64,000 nucleotides of DNA, taken from NCBI GenBank assembly GCA_043228905.1, contig JBHGNT010000015.1:14756001-14820000 (forward strand). The letters are read 5' to 3'. The first letter of the stretch is position 1; each line of letters begins with the position of its first letter. Shown one piece after another: positions 25,000 through 37,954 of the stretch. The DNA is from Azolla caroliniana. Taxonomy: Eukaryota > Plantae > Polypodiophyta. The translations under genes were made by a program, and so were the position numbers. Below the pieces are notes generated by a model. It saw nothing but the letters and a program-made list of their open reading frames with translations. It ran no database searches and was not told where the DNA came from.

Positions 25000-27500
25000 G
25001 TTGGAGATGTTATCTCATCTTCTAGTCCATGCAAAATTGTTTCTTTGGTAGGTTATGATGGGTGGCTTTCCTTAAGGCAACGGATTTAAATTCTAACACT
25101 TTTTAAATATTATTGCACAACTCTAGGTGTCATTAACCAGGAAAATATTATCACCTTTTAAATGGGTTTTCACTTATGGAGCCAAAATGTTACCCTCCTT
25201 GTCAGTAAGGTGGTGTTTGAGTACAATTGTGATCCGAGTATTACAAATGAGTTCTTGTTTAGTGATCTCCACGAAGTTCAACAATTGAGTTGAAAGAAAA
25301 ATTGGTTTCATAGTCTTCACAATTAGCCTTTGTGGACATTTTATCAAATAGTCTTATAACATTATTTTGGGGTTTACTTTTACAATATGATCCTCACTAT
25401 TGTAATAGGGACAACAAGGATGTTCATATCCATATCTTGTTTTAATATACGAAGTACTTTTAGAAAAAAACTTGGGAATATGTGAAATATGAATACTTTA
25501 ATTTAAAGGTAAAATGGGATGAATATTGAATTTCGGGGAGACATGAACTCACATATTTTCCTATGGCCTATCACAACATGCTTACGAAAGTTGGAAGATA
25601 AGTTGCGTGGTACAAAGCTAGTGGATTAGTTCCAAAACCAATCATAACCCTACTTATATTTTCCCAATGTTGCTAGGAGTAGTGTACATATGTTCTTTTG
25701 TAGGCATGAGTAGAAGATGCACACTATTACAAGAAACAAAACATAACTCGCAATCCTAAAAGTAAAATTATATGCTCATTACAAAACTTTGAGACATACA
25801 TATGCACAAAGATTAGATACTCTTTTGGATGGTTGGAAAATGCGTACCAAATTCCAACAAATCAATGGGAAGGATTAAGATGCTAGTAATCATTCCAATA
25901 TATCATAGAAATGTATATAGGAATGACCAGGACGCCAATAATTGTTTAGAAATCATTAGGATGCTAAAAATATAAGGGAAAAACAAAGAATTGACGTTGC
26001 ACATGACAATTGGGTGGGTATAATATTTGGGTGTTTTCATGGGACATAATTAGCTTGATGATCACTTTGAATGCCCTTATTCATCTGCCAAACACATTCA
26101 ATATTATTGGTGATGGTACAAAATGTGAGCTCTTCCAACTTATTCAATTAACACCATTCCTTGTTAGATTATGGAGAATGGAATAGTGCATGCCAAATGT
26201 AATTTTCAGAACAACTATGCATATAAATCAACATGTGCATCACTAATGAGCGTAAAGGATCACTCATGAGCCAAGTGAAAAGGGAGCACCCATAATGGAG
26301 TCACAAATCCACCCATGCTCTCTGCAAAAACACCATATTCTCTCCCATGAATGATAAGATATGCATGTGTTTCTATACTTTGCATCCTCTAATTCAAAAT
26401 GGACAACCTATACACAACATTGTGGGGCTTTGTTTCCATTGACAAGTGGTTCATACTAAAAAAGCAAACAAGGCCCCACAAATGTTGTGGGGCTTTGTTT
26501 GGGTTGACAAGTGGTTCATACTAACAAAGTTACTTCGTAGAACAACATTCCTTTCTTGGGTTAACATTTAAGGAACCAAATGGAAGGCAAAACATCTTTA
26601 ATGGGGTTGGATTCATCTTACACTAGTGGATGACATCAAATTGTAACCATTTCAAGGGCAATAAACTTATTATTTTGGTAGATGACCTCTCATCTTGTTA
26701 TCTTCTTACACACACAATCCCTCCCTCTTACCTTCTAAAGGAAGTATATCCATGCCATAAACAACCTACATGTCAATACCTTGTTCCTAATTATGTTTAT
26801 ATTAATGTACTAATTGAGGGCTATGGATCCCTTTCCATATATTGGCCTCATTATAGGTAGGCCTACTACCTATTGGGATGCAACAAAAAATCATACAACT
26901 AGAGATATGGCAAACTTGCCTTGCATGACCCATGTTAGAATCATATGCCTTTATTAAAAGTTTTGACCCAACCAATTAACACATTGTGCTCAATATTGCA
27001 ATCTTCATGGTCAAATTACATTTATGTTTTTACACCAAGTTGATCGTCTTATTGGTATATGATGGAGATTATCAAAGCAATGAACATCTTGTGCTATGTT
27101 GATGTTGGGAAAGTGACTCTCATGAATCTCCACGTGCATCTTTATTCTATATCTTTCAAAACCAATGCTCGATCAAAACAAATAGTCATACTTGCAAGGT
27201 ATTTATTTCTCATATACATTTGAACTTAATAAGAGGAAGAGATGGTTGTGGCCAATAACTGCCTACCCACATAGGCTATGCTTTGGTGTTTATTGGTTTA
27301 CTCTAGTGTTAGTGCTAGCCTCAACCCTTTAACTAAGCATTAACCCTAATACTTTGTACATCTATCCATCATGGGGTGCAAACTAGTGGGGGAAGAATTA
27401 AACAAAAAGGCGCAAGATGTGACTATTCCTTTTATTGGACTTGCATGAATGGTTCTCAAGCATTGCTAATGAAGTTAAAACACATCCCATTCCCTACTAG
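25000..27500 (+). pseudogene. Possible highly decayed Helitron/Pif1-helicase remnant
   Basis: Only HFKGNKLIILVDDL (26650-26690) resembles the Pif1 motif PFGGK.IILVGD. Boundaries are approximate. Confidence 0.25.
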
Positions 27501-28270
27501 TCTATAATCACTTTTTCGAATAAAAGCATGTCAGCATGGCATGCCATTAATATGAGGGGATAACCTTGCATTTGATCGGGTAATGAGGATACAATGCTTA
27601 GCTCATGATATAGTGTCATATTGCGCCCATGGACAAAAACGAAACACAAGCACATCATTTGCATGCAAGTGGAATAATATACCATGAATAGAGACAATCG
27701 TTGAATTTGATGGTTGCTCTTATGTATGCAAATAGAGACCACTCATTGGATTGGTCTGTTGTTGTGGCCCCTTTATCTAGGAGTTGAATTGTGTTTTACG
27801 TGTGTGTGGATGAGCGAGAACAACAAATTACGAAACATATTCATGTTCGATGCTGAGGCAGGATTGCATTAAACATATGAGGAGATTAAGTGGTGACCTA
27901 CGAAGGTAGTTTTAGAAGTTGGAAACCAATGGAGTAATGGTCATAATAGGAGAGCTAAAATTCGGTCCATAGTCCATCATCAACATGGCTTGGTCTATGA
28001 TGCATGCGTAGAGTATTTGTAGAAGGGTGGTCCATGCAATGCAATTGGTCAAGTCAAGCCAGTTGAATGTTATGTAACCTCTGAGGTAGCAATATGAATC
28101 GCTTACACGGAGCCAAACAAATAAAAACATGCGAAATTTTTTCCACATTTTTAAAAACAACCGAAATCTTTGTAATAAAAGAAAAAACAAAGTGCAAAAA
28201 CTTAATATTCATCTCCCCCACCCCCGAAAAACACAGAAGAAAAAAATAGTCATTGCCGTGGGAAGGATTA

Positions 28271-28370
28271 NNNNNNNNNNNNNNNNNNNNNNNNNNNNNN
28301 NNNNNNNNNNNNNNNNNNNNNNNNNNNNNNNNNNNNNNNNNNNNNNNNNNNNNNNNNNNNNNNNNNNNNN
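28271..28370. other. Assembly gap (100 N)
   Basis: Run of N. Confidence 1.
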
Positions 28371-28379
28371 ATTTTAGTG

Positions 28380-28975
28380 ATTGGTAGGGCTTCGTACCCT
28401 AACATTTTCCCTAATGTTTGTGCATCTTCATCCGGAGATGCCCCTTCCTTGAGCCAGTAACTCGTACATTTAGGCGTCGAGCTTGACGCATTTTTCTTCC
28501 TCGAGGGTAGTGTTTACAATGTTTTCATCCTTTAGTTCTTTTTTATATTACGTTTTACTACATCAACCCACCCAGTTTTAGCTAATTCCATATCACTTTT
28601 AACCTCTTCTTTACCTTTTTTATCTCGTCCTTAATATCCTCTAGGGAAGATATTTCACCATCTTCCCTAGATATCTCGAGGTCCTTAACTTGTTTTCGGA
28701 GATTCACATTGTCTACCTTAAGTTTCGCTATTTCCGCAAAAAGTAGTTCTATTTCTTCCTTATCTTTTTGTTTTTCAACTTCAATTTCTTTCGCCCATTT
28801 TTCAAATTTTACTAACCGGTTAAGGACATCTAAAAATTCTTCCTTACTTATCATTTCGTCGTGTGTTTCCTTATGGTTTCGTCGAGAAGTCATGTTGTAA
28901 TTCAAAGAATAAACGAAAGAAAAAGTCAAAAAGGGCAGAAAAAAACTTAGCCGAGCATCGATGTCTTGCGCGCTA
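28380..28975 (-). pseudogene. LINE ORF1-like remnant (coiled coil followed by RRLNVRVTG)
   Basis: MTSRRNHKE...coiled coil (28582-28893). Downstream EEEKMRQARRLNVRVTG resembles the R..N....G.E motif of non-LTR ORF1. Truncated by the gap. Confidence 0.5.
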
Positions 28976-29034
28976 GGTACAAGTGTAGAAGCACATTTGT
29001 ACTCTCTCGTCACGACGCCGTAGGAGGTGTAGGT

Positions 29035-29470
29035 GATAGCGACGGTCGACACCGATGACAACAACTACCCACAACAGCGACGGGTGACGGCGATGGCCAA
29101 GAACCGACGACGACGGCGACGGCGGCAAACGCGACGGCGGCAGACGTTAAACGTCAGACGACGGCGGACGGCGACAGTCGGCAGCGGCAGCAGACGGCGG
29201 CTGACAGCGGTTGCAGACGACGGCGGCAGCAGACAGCAGTTGCAGACGACGGCGGCAGTCTGCAGACGTCAGCGAGCAGGCAACAGTCGGCAGACGGCAG
29301 ACGGCAGACGGCGGCAGCAGACGACGACGGCGACGACGGCAGCACGCGACGGCGGCGTCAGCAGCAGCAGCGACAACAGGCGGCGTCGTCGGCAGGGTTG
29401 GGTTTAGGCAGAGAGAGAGAAAAAAAAAGCAGGCGAGGGGGCGTCAAATCTGACGGCCAGATGACGGCGA
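29035..29470. repeat. GC-rich GACGGC/CGGCAG low-complexity tract
   Basis: Dense GACGGCG/CAGACGG units followed by poly-G at 29543-29564. Confidence 0.8.
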
Positions 29471-29948
29471 GAAAACCCTAAAGAAGAAAGGAAGAAACGG
29501 AAGACGTGAAGAACGAACGGGAGAGAGAGAGAGACAGAGCCAGGGGGGGGGGGGGGGGGGGGGGCTTAAGAGGAGCAGGGGAGGGCCATCTCAGCCATCC
29601 GTTTTCGAGATCGACGGCCACGATCGCTTCAGCGACCCCTCTCGTTCTCCTTTGTGTTCTTTTGTGTGTGGGTTTATATTATTTCTTCTCCGTTTTTGAT
29701 TGATTTTCTTTTTCCTTTATTTAATTAATTAATTAATTTTTACTTTCTCTGCTTCTTCTTCTTCTTCTTCCGGAAGAAGGGTTTTTCAGAGCCCTCCCCC
29801 CCCTCTTTCTTCTCTGTTTTCCTTTTCTTGCCTACAAGCAGGCTGTCAAAAAGAACAGAGGATCTCTCTCTCTCTCTCTCTTCTTGTTAATTGTGAAAGA
29901 CCTGATCAGATTTCACCGCTCCATTGATCAAAAAATCTTTATGGGTAT

Positions 29949-29985
<37 letters not shown>

Positions 29986-30806
29986 CCCTCCCTCCCCCTG
30001 TTTCTGTCTCTATGTGTGTGTGTGTGTGTTTTCAGAAACAAATTCCCTTGTCTAAATGAATTAAATTTTTTTTTTTCCTAGCTCCTTCTCTTTTGTGTTT
30101 TTTTTTTTTTTTGAGCAAAGAATATTTGATTTTTTTTTATTTGCTCACAAATTCAACGGGATTACTCTGTTTTGTGTTGCTGCAAAATATGCCCACCCTT
30201 TTCTCTTGCTCGTTTGCTCTACCAAGGGGCCATATATTAAGAATATATGGTCTCTGCCAGAATTCAGAACTCGGAGGGCAATTTGTGCACATCATTCAAC
30301 TTGTCCCGAATTCCACCCGACCAAATCTTTGCGTAGGAAACCTGCTCCAACTTAGCCATTCCAAGTGAATCTTCGCGTAGGAGTTTGAACTGGTGTTTCA
30401 CTTCTCAGCATAATGTTTCGGACCCGAATTCGAGTCCTGAGCAAAAAATTCATGTAATGTTTGGCCAGGGTTGGAGCTTGCTGATGTGCCATATTCCCAA
30501 AGTAGTAATTATTTGCTTTATGTTCTTTTGTGCTTGTATGGCTTTTGTGAATGTGTGTGTGCATATGTATACATAGCAATTGAAGACTTGAACCCTCTCG
30601 AGAGATGCTTCATTGATCATTCTCTCTCGTGTTTTATGTCACAAATGTACAAGAAACAATTTCGTCGTTTTATTGGCAGGGAATTCAATTTAATTTTCTG
30701 GTTGTGAAGCTTTCCATTTATAGAAAAGAAATGATGGGTTTATATGCATTGGTGCCTGGTGGAATCGAATTTTCCGTGATTGGATGATCCTTGAAAGTGG
30801 TTAGAA

Positions 30807-33800
30807 ATGCCAGTAAACATGACAACTGAAAGCCCGATGAGGATGATGGGTGCAAGTGGTGGAGGCATGCCCATGAGTGAAAATAGTATAAGGGCAATCC
30901 CTATGGGTGAAAATAGCATGGCTCCGATTCCTCCTTCGGCGGCGGATGGTGTGGCTCAGGAGCTTGGGATGCTCTTGAAAAGCCACTCTCGGCTCGATAG
31001 TTTACTAAATCGGAAGGACATGGTTCCGCATCGAAGTGGAAGTGCCCCTCCAAGTGTGGAAGGCTCAATCGCATCAATGGGAGGCCTTCTGCTTCCTGGT
31101 ATGGAAAGCTCAGGAATTCACATCATTGAGAGCTCCGCACATGGGCAAATGAATGAGAATGTGGTTGATTCGGAACAAGAGCTTCGATCTGATCCGGCTT
31201 ACTTGGCCTACTACTATTCTCACATCAACTTGAACCCACGGCTTCCGCCACCGATAATTTCCCGGGATAATTACGTCCTTGCACAGCGTCTGGCAAGTGG
31301 TAATCTTCCGGATAAGAAAAATCTTAGGTCTTTTGACGATAGTAATAAAAGGTCTTTGTTTTCGACACAACTTGTGCTTCCGACCCACAATGAAGTTGAA
31401 TCATCTGAGGATGAAAAGTCTCCAGAGGATGGCTTGTTGAGGCAAGTATCGGGTAACCGGGTGGAAAGCAAAGCTGAGGCTGGGTTATCGGCCACTCATA
31501 TGCATGGATTTGGTGCCCGTCCGAAAAGCTTAGTAGACCTCATTCAGGTAAGAAAGATTTATCGTAATTAACTAGTTATATTGAGGAGGTTGAAAGAAAT
31601 ATGATAAATATCTCCCATATGGATTTTCTTTTGCACAGCAAGATTTCCCGAGGACGCCTTCTCCAGTGTATAGTTTACCTCGACCATCTAGTAGGGTTGC
31701 AAATGAGGAGGGGAAGACAGGGGGAGATTCTCATCTGCGAGAGTCTTCCGTGACGGTTGCTGCAATCACTGAGCTAGATGCACCTTCGTTACATGTCCCT
31801 TCACGCTCGGCCACACCGACTCTTAAACCCCCTATGAGTGCTATACCAATGGGAAATGCTGCTATAGCATCTGTAAGTGGGAATTTGGGACCCATTGCCA
31901 GGATTCCAACACCAGATCCTTTGAGTGGGAATGAAGCATTAATAGAAGAGATCTCAAGTTTGAGGGGGGGATCAAGCACATCTGATTTGACAGCTTCTTT
32001 ACAAGATCTAACCTTGTCGTCTGTAGCTGGTAGGCATGGGGGTGTTCCTACAGACCATAAGCGTCTTGCGGGTCTATCATTAGATCATCATCAACAAGAG
32101 TTGCAAGAGCAACCGTTGTTGCAACAACAAGTTTATCGCCATAACCAGCATGGGCAAAGGTCTCAAGCTGGGTCACAAATTGGGCAAGCGAAGAACCTTC
32201 ATGCCCATCAGCAACAAGGTTTAGGGCAAAATTTCATGACTTCAAGTAAGCATGGGGTTGCATTATCACAATCTTTAAATGCTCCTATCCAATCTTCGAA
32301 TAACATGTTTGCTGCAGCCATGTCATATATGGCCAGCGGGAATCCTTATTATCCAACGACAAACATGTATGCGTCCCAATATAGTTTAGGTGGATACCCT
32401 CTGAATAATCCTCTCCTTCCGGGAGGAGTAATGCCAAATTACACTAACAATGCAAGCTACGAGAATGTCGCGACTGGAATGGGTGGCCGGTCTGCCTCGT
32501 CCGGCCTCTCTAATATGGACATGCAACAGCTGTATAAGTATTCGAGCCAAAACCAAATTGGGCTTCACTCTCGGATACCTGATCCCTTGTATCTTCATTA
32601 CTTACAGCAACGGACCACCGATGATATTCATGCAAATGACCCTTTGCTTAGAGGAGCATATGGGCAGTTGAATCCTCTGGAGGTACAGAAAAGCCAGTTA
32701 AGTTCAATGCTTGGCTACTCAGCACAGGATCATCACAAGTCCCAGTTTGCCAGGGGTAGCGCACTCAGTCTTCAAATGGGAGGCCAAGCTGGCTCAGTTA
32801 GTCCTGGTTACTATGGGAGCCCACCTGGGCTAGGCTTTGTCATGCCATATGCCAATTCGCCCCTCACAAGTCCAGTGCTTCCAGGGTCCCCTGTTCTTCC
32901 TGGGGTCTTATCTCTGCGACATAGTGGAAGGTCCTCTGCTGGATGGCAAGGAGTGAGAGCCAGTGAGACGGGTGAAGATATGAGAGCTTCCTCATTGTTG
33001 GATGAGCTGAAGAATAGCAAATCTCGGAGGTTTGAACTCCAAGAAATCGTTGGTCATGTGGTGGAATTCAGGTAATTCTTCTACCCTGTAATTTAGCTAT
33101 CTAAATTGAAATCCTGCATCTTGTCTTATCTATGATAAAATGGTACAGTGCGGATCAACATGGTAGCCGGTTCATTCAGCAAAAGTTGGAGATGGCATCT
33201 GATGAGGAGAAAGGCATGGTCTTCCAAGAAGTTTTACCTCATGCACTTACTCTCATGACTGATGTGTTTGGGAATTATGTCATTCAAAAGGTAATGTCCT
33301 GCATATATCTCGACTATAAAGCTGGAAAAGATTTAGTAACTTTGTTTAGGTCTACAAGTTCAGACTGAAGTAATGCGCATGGATTGATTGTCATATAAAA
33401 CACCATGATTGTGTATTTTAAAAACTAATTCAAGGAGGACGACAAAACTAATATTAAACGAATGATTTTATATGGTTATGGTGACCACATGAAATTAATG
33501 GATTGGGAGCATCATGACTATAGTTATCTATCTATTGGAATATTGGTAACTGTTCTGTGGTTTTGTTTATCTTTCAGTTCTTTGAGCATGGAAGTATGGA
33601 GCAAAGGGCAGAGCTTGCGAACAAGCTGGTTGGCCATGTCTTAAATTTGAGCCTTCAAATGTATGGCTGCCGTGTGATTCAAAAGGTGCATCTTAGCATA
33701 GCGTTTTTTTCAAAACAACTCACTTTAAGACTAGGTCATAGATTCAAATCCTTAATTTTACATGCCTTTGTTACACACCATATATCACTTCCCTTTAACT

Positions 33801-35362
33801 ACATGCCACATGGGAATGTTGAATTAATGACCTCATAATCTCCTAAACTGTTGACACAGCCATTTCTTTTATAATATTTCTCTCTATCTTATACAGTAAT
33901 GCTTGTTGTTTGGCTGTTAATAGGCATTAGAAGTTGTGGATCGTGAACAACAAATTAGTCTGGTTTCAGAGCTGGATGGGTATGTCATGCATTGTGTTCG
34001 TGATCAGAATGGCAACCATGTAATCCAAAAATGTATTGAGTGCATTCCGCCGGAACATATACAATTTATAATTTCAGCTTTCCGTGGTCAGGTGGTGACT
34101 CTTTCCACGCATCCTTATGGATGCCGTGTGATTCAGGTAGATGATGACAATATTATTCCCTGACTTTTGGGATATTTACCAGAAACATCTCTGAAGTTTT
34201 GAAGCATTACCTACCAGAATGATCCTCTGGTAAATATCCCAAAACTTAGGGGGTATTCTTCTCTGTTACTTTTTATCATTCAGTACAAGTTGTATTAGAT
34301 GTAAAAACCATTATTATCTGTTGTAATTTTCTTTGTTTTCTGCAGCGTGTTCTCGAGCATTGTACAATTGAGCAGAAAGATGATGGGATAATGGATGACA
34401 TTCTACGAGCTACTTGTGATTTGGCACAGGATCAATATGGCAATTATGTTGTACAGGTTAGTGGTGGTTCAATTTTCCTATAAAACCTGTATTTTCTTTG
34501 CTATTTTCTAATGTTGTTCCAATTGGAGCTGTTTCTAAATGTTGGTTTTTCTTTGGAAAATTTCGACATGATAATATAATAGCATGTGCTAGAGCACGGA
34601 AAACCACATGAAAAGGGTGAGATAATGACGAAACTAGCTGGCCAGATTGTACAGATGAGTCAGCACAAATTTGCGTCAAATGTAGTTGAGAAGTGTTTGG
34701 AGTTTGGGGGTCCGGTGGAACGCAAGATTTTGATCAGCGAAATGCTTGGACACACAGATGAGAACGAGCCACTACAGGTACTCTATTCTCGGCGTGAATA
34801 AGGTGGTCTAGATGGTGGGTATATTTGTATGCATGTATTATATTGCGATGTATATATTCAATTGTAATGTATAACACATTGTGATGTATATGTATGGAAT
34901 GCATCTGTATCATGGGTTTGCTGATTGATTGCAGGCCATGATGAAAGATCAATATGCGAACTATGTGGTTCAGAAAGTTCTGGAAACATGTGATGATCAG
35001 GAGCGTGAGCTCTTGCTCTCTCGCATTCGTGTCCATCTCCATGCCTTGAAGAAGTATACGTATGGCAAACATATCGTTGCACGTGTGGAGAAGCTCCTGG
35101 CTGCTGGGGGTAAAAACGAAAATTATTATATTAAAAGTCGAAAAAATAAATATAAATACAAGTTATAATTGCATAAATAAATAGTAAACATAGTAAATAA
35201 ATAATACGTGCTACATTAAAAAATAAATGCATAAAATAAAAAACAAAATGTAAAATAATAAATAAAGAAGAAAATAATAAATGAGTATTCATTGTGTTTC
35301 TAAATTTTTTTTTGCTTGTGTCAGAACGACGAAGTGCCCAAGTGTCATCATTATCGGCTTGA
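30807..35362 (+). CDS. Pumilio/PUF RNA-binding protein (APUM1-6 class, NABP region plus 8 Puf repeats), 9 coding exons
   Basis: GT-AG exons: 30807-31547, 31639-33071, 33149-33290, 33578-33685, 33924-34136, 34346-34456, 34583-34777, 34935-35109, 35325-35362. Motifs [43 protein letters not shown]. Puf repeats GSRFIQQ, GNYVIQK, GCRVIQK, GNHVIQK, GCRVIQ, GNYVVQ, ASNVVEK, ANYVVQK, then [14 protein letters not shown]. Confidence 0.96.
34154..34255. repeat. Fold-back (Stowaway-like mini-MITE) in Pumilio intron 5
   Basis: TTTTGGGATATTTACCAGA (34165-34183) is the exact reverse complement of 34226-34244. Outer ends TATTCCCT...AGGGGGTA. Confidence 0.65.
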
Positions 35363-37466
35363 TCCATTTCGAACAAAACTGTAATACCTTATATGACCAC
35401 CTTTTATAACTGATTTGTGCATAATACAAATTTGAAAAGTAGGACGGAAAAGAAATGCAGATTGTATGGAGAAGTGAGGTTTGAACTACAATCAGCAATC
35501 CCGACTATCTAACATCAACTAAAAGACTAGGAAAAGTGTGTAGAGAGAAAGTAACGAGTGCTCGTGTTGTAATGTTGTATCAGAGTGTATTATCTTTTGT
35601 TTTTAAGAAAGGGTAGTAGGCTTGAGCGCAAAATGAAAGAATGTATTCTCTTTTGTTGTAACTGAATCCAGGAATCTCTTTTCTATTTCGAGTTCAATTT
35701 ATTTCTACCCCACTCTTATAACCTCCCAGATGTGCTTTGGTTATTATTATTATCATGCAATTCCCCTTTGTTCTGTACAAAATCAAATTGATTGATGACT
35801 TGTATATAGATTGCTCATGTAACATATCAAATATCCTTGCGATTTGCCATGGCTCTAGGAAAAATTAGTGCTATTGTGTTATGTTTTATTGCTGTGATAA
35901 TTTGCAGTTATTGATTAATCTAACATTCTGGTATCTCCTGCGGTAGACCAACCAGAAGTCCATCTCATGGAAGTTTTTTAATGATATGTAAAGGTTAGTT
36001 AGGACAAGATGAGTCATGTGCTTGGAGGGGCAAACATCTTGGAAGAGGCTACCTCTTTGATTCCCCTGGTAATGTACTAATTAGTAGGGCAGAAAATCTC
36101 ATGCAAGTGTTTAATAATATTCAAAGGTTAGGGCAAATGGGTCATATGCTTGGAGGAGCAAATATCTTGAAAGAGGCTTAACCCTTCTCTGCCTCATTGA
36201 TTCTCTAGGTGATGTACTAATTAGTAGGTCAGAAAGTCCTGTACACCAGTTTATAATTATATGTACAGATTGAGCAGTTATAATGGTCCACTCATGGCAT
36301 AGTATTTATGTAATTATCTTGCCTATTCATCATCTTTTGATCTCTTTTGTGGGTGAGGGGTAGGTTATCTATTAGGTATATATAGGTGGAAATAGAGAAA
36401 CATCTTGTGGGATTGAGTTCAATTACCCCACTTAGTGTTTTGAATGTCATATTGAGAGCTAATGAAACCGTTACGTCATTTGCATTTACGATGCTTAAAT
36501 GCTTGTGGGATAGACATTTTCAGTCGCTATTATCATGATATTTGTGCCAAATTTGATCCATTGCCTATAATGTGCTGATAAAGCATTTGAATTTGATAGA
36601 TGTAATCATATCTCAAGAATGAGTGTATGTTATTTGAGCGCTAGTAAATAAGTATGGTGCACTTGTGTAATTGAATTACTTGAAGACATTTTACATAAAT
36701 TCTAGATTCCGTTGTCCATATTAATCATTCTCAAAGTGTTTTGTTATTTTTCCTATAAAAGATGAACTCAACAAGCTTGGCAAATCACGATTAAAAATAC
36801 AAGTCATTTTGAGTTATCTATGTTGAAAAAGCCCTAGATTACCTAAATACTAATGACAATGATGTTAATGCATGAGGTGCTTTTACAACTTGTAAAAATG
36901 TTTGAGAAAGTTTTGGAAGTATGCATCGTTAGCTATTGTGTATGGAATATGTTGTGGTAAGGGCACATGATTTTTGACATTGGTTTGCATGGAGTGAGGC
37001 AATGTTACATAATATACTAACCCCATCTTGATGTCATCATAGTTGTGTATAGTTTGGATTGTTGCTTTACCTTTTCTTGGTTCATGGTGATTCCTTTGCA
37101 AATTTCTAGTGATCTATGATTGTATGCTCACCCATCGTGTTAAGATGACAATTGAGTCCCCATGCCTTTGAAGATCGACAAAGCCTTGGTCAAAAGTGAT
37201 TTTCCGCAACCATAGGTTGTGATTATTTGAAACTAAGGCAATGCTTGATTGACGTGGGAAACACACTAGAGAGTTGTAATAAAATACTAGTAGTAGCGAT
37301 AGAAACAAAGGACTGTGCATTGTAAGCATATACATACTCAACACACATTGTGGGCCTCCTATTGTCTTCTTCATCTTCAATCTCTTCAATCAGGTGAGTT
37401 CTAGTTTTCTCTTTCATGGATTAAAAAAAAAATCTTGGCTCAATACCACATAAAAAATATTGGATA

Positions 37467-37555
37467 TGTTGAGAATCAAACTTAACCTAGGGTGTGAACA
37501 CACCTTAAGAATAGTCAAGTGTGTTAACACACACCACACGGACGTTCAACAATCA
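37467..37555 (+). mobile_element. Copia LTR 5' fragment related to the 16714-23950 element
   Basis: TGTTGAGAATCAAACT...CAAGTGTGT matches the start of that LTR. It is interrupted by the Tcn1-like LTR at 37556. Confidence 0.6.
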
Positions 37556-37557
37556 TG

Positions 37558-37620
37558 TCATGATTCAAACTCTTGACCTATTGTATTGTAATCAAATGTT
37601 TTAACCAACACATCCAATAC
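37558..37620 (-). promoter_or_regulatory. tRNA-like A-box/B-box cassette at the LTR 5' end
   Basis: Minus strand TGGATGTGTTGGTTAA ... GAGTTTGAATC (C>T in the B box), 35-nt spacing. Confidence 0.55.
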
Positions 37621-37954
37621 ATGTTCATGTTACTTTTTAGTAGATTATTGTAGATTATCTATTCTACATGTAGGAGATTTTGAAAGCTTCTAGAAAGCTC
37701 CAGAAGCTAGAAGCTTCTAGAAAGCTCCAGAAGTTGGAACATTCCAAAAGGTTGTGCATGAAAATGAGTCTTTGCATGGAACTACATTTAGAGCCCACAA
37801 ACATGTATAAATATAGGGGTTCACCTTGGCCCTAGTCAAGGTGAACAACACCAGTTACGGAAGCATAATATCAGTTCTTATTCTCTTGTCTATTTTCTCT
37901 CTCTCTTTCTTGTTCCCTTGCTTACGCTTAGTGCTCGTTCCGGTAAACTCTCGA

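Noticed and set aside
29033-29453. Arg/Ala-rich ORFs
   Set aside because: They derive from the GC-rich low-complexity tract and have no domain signal.
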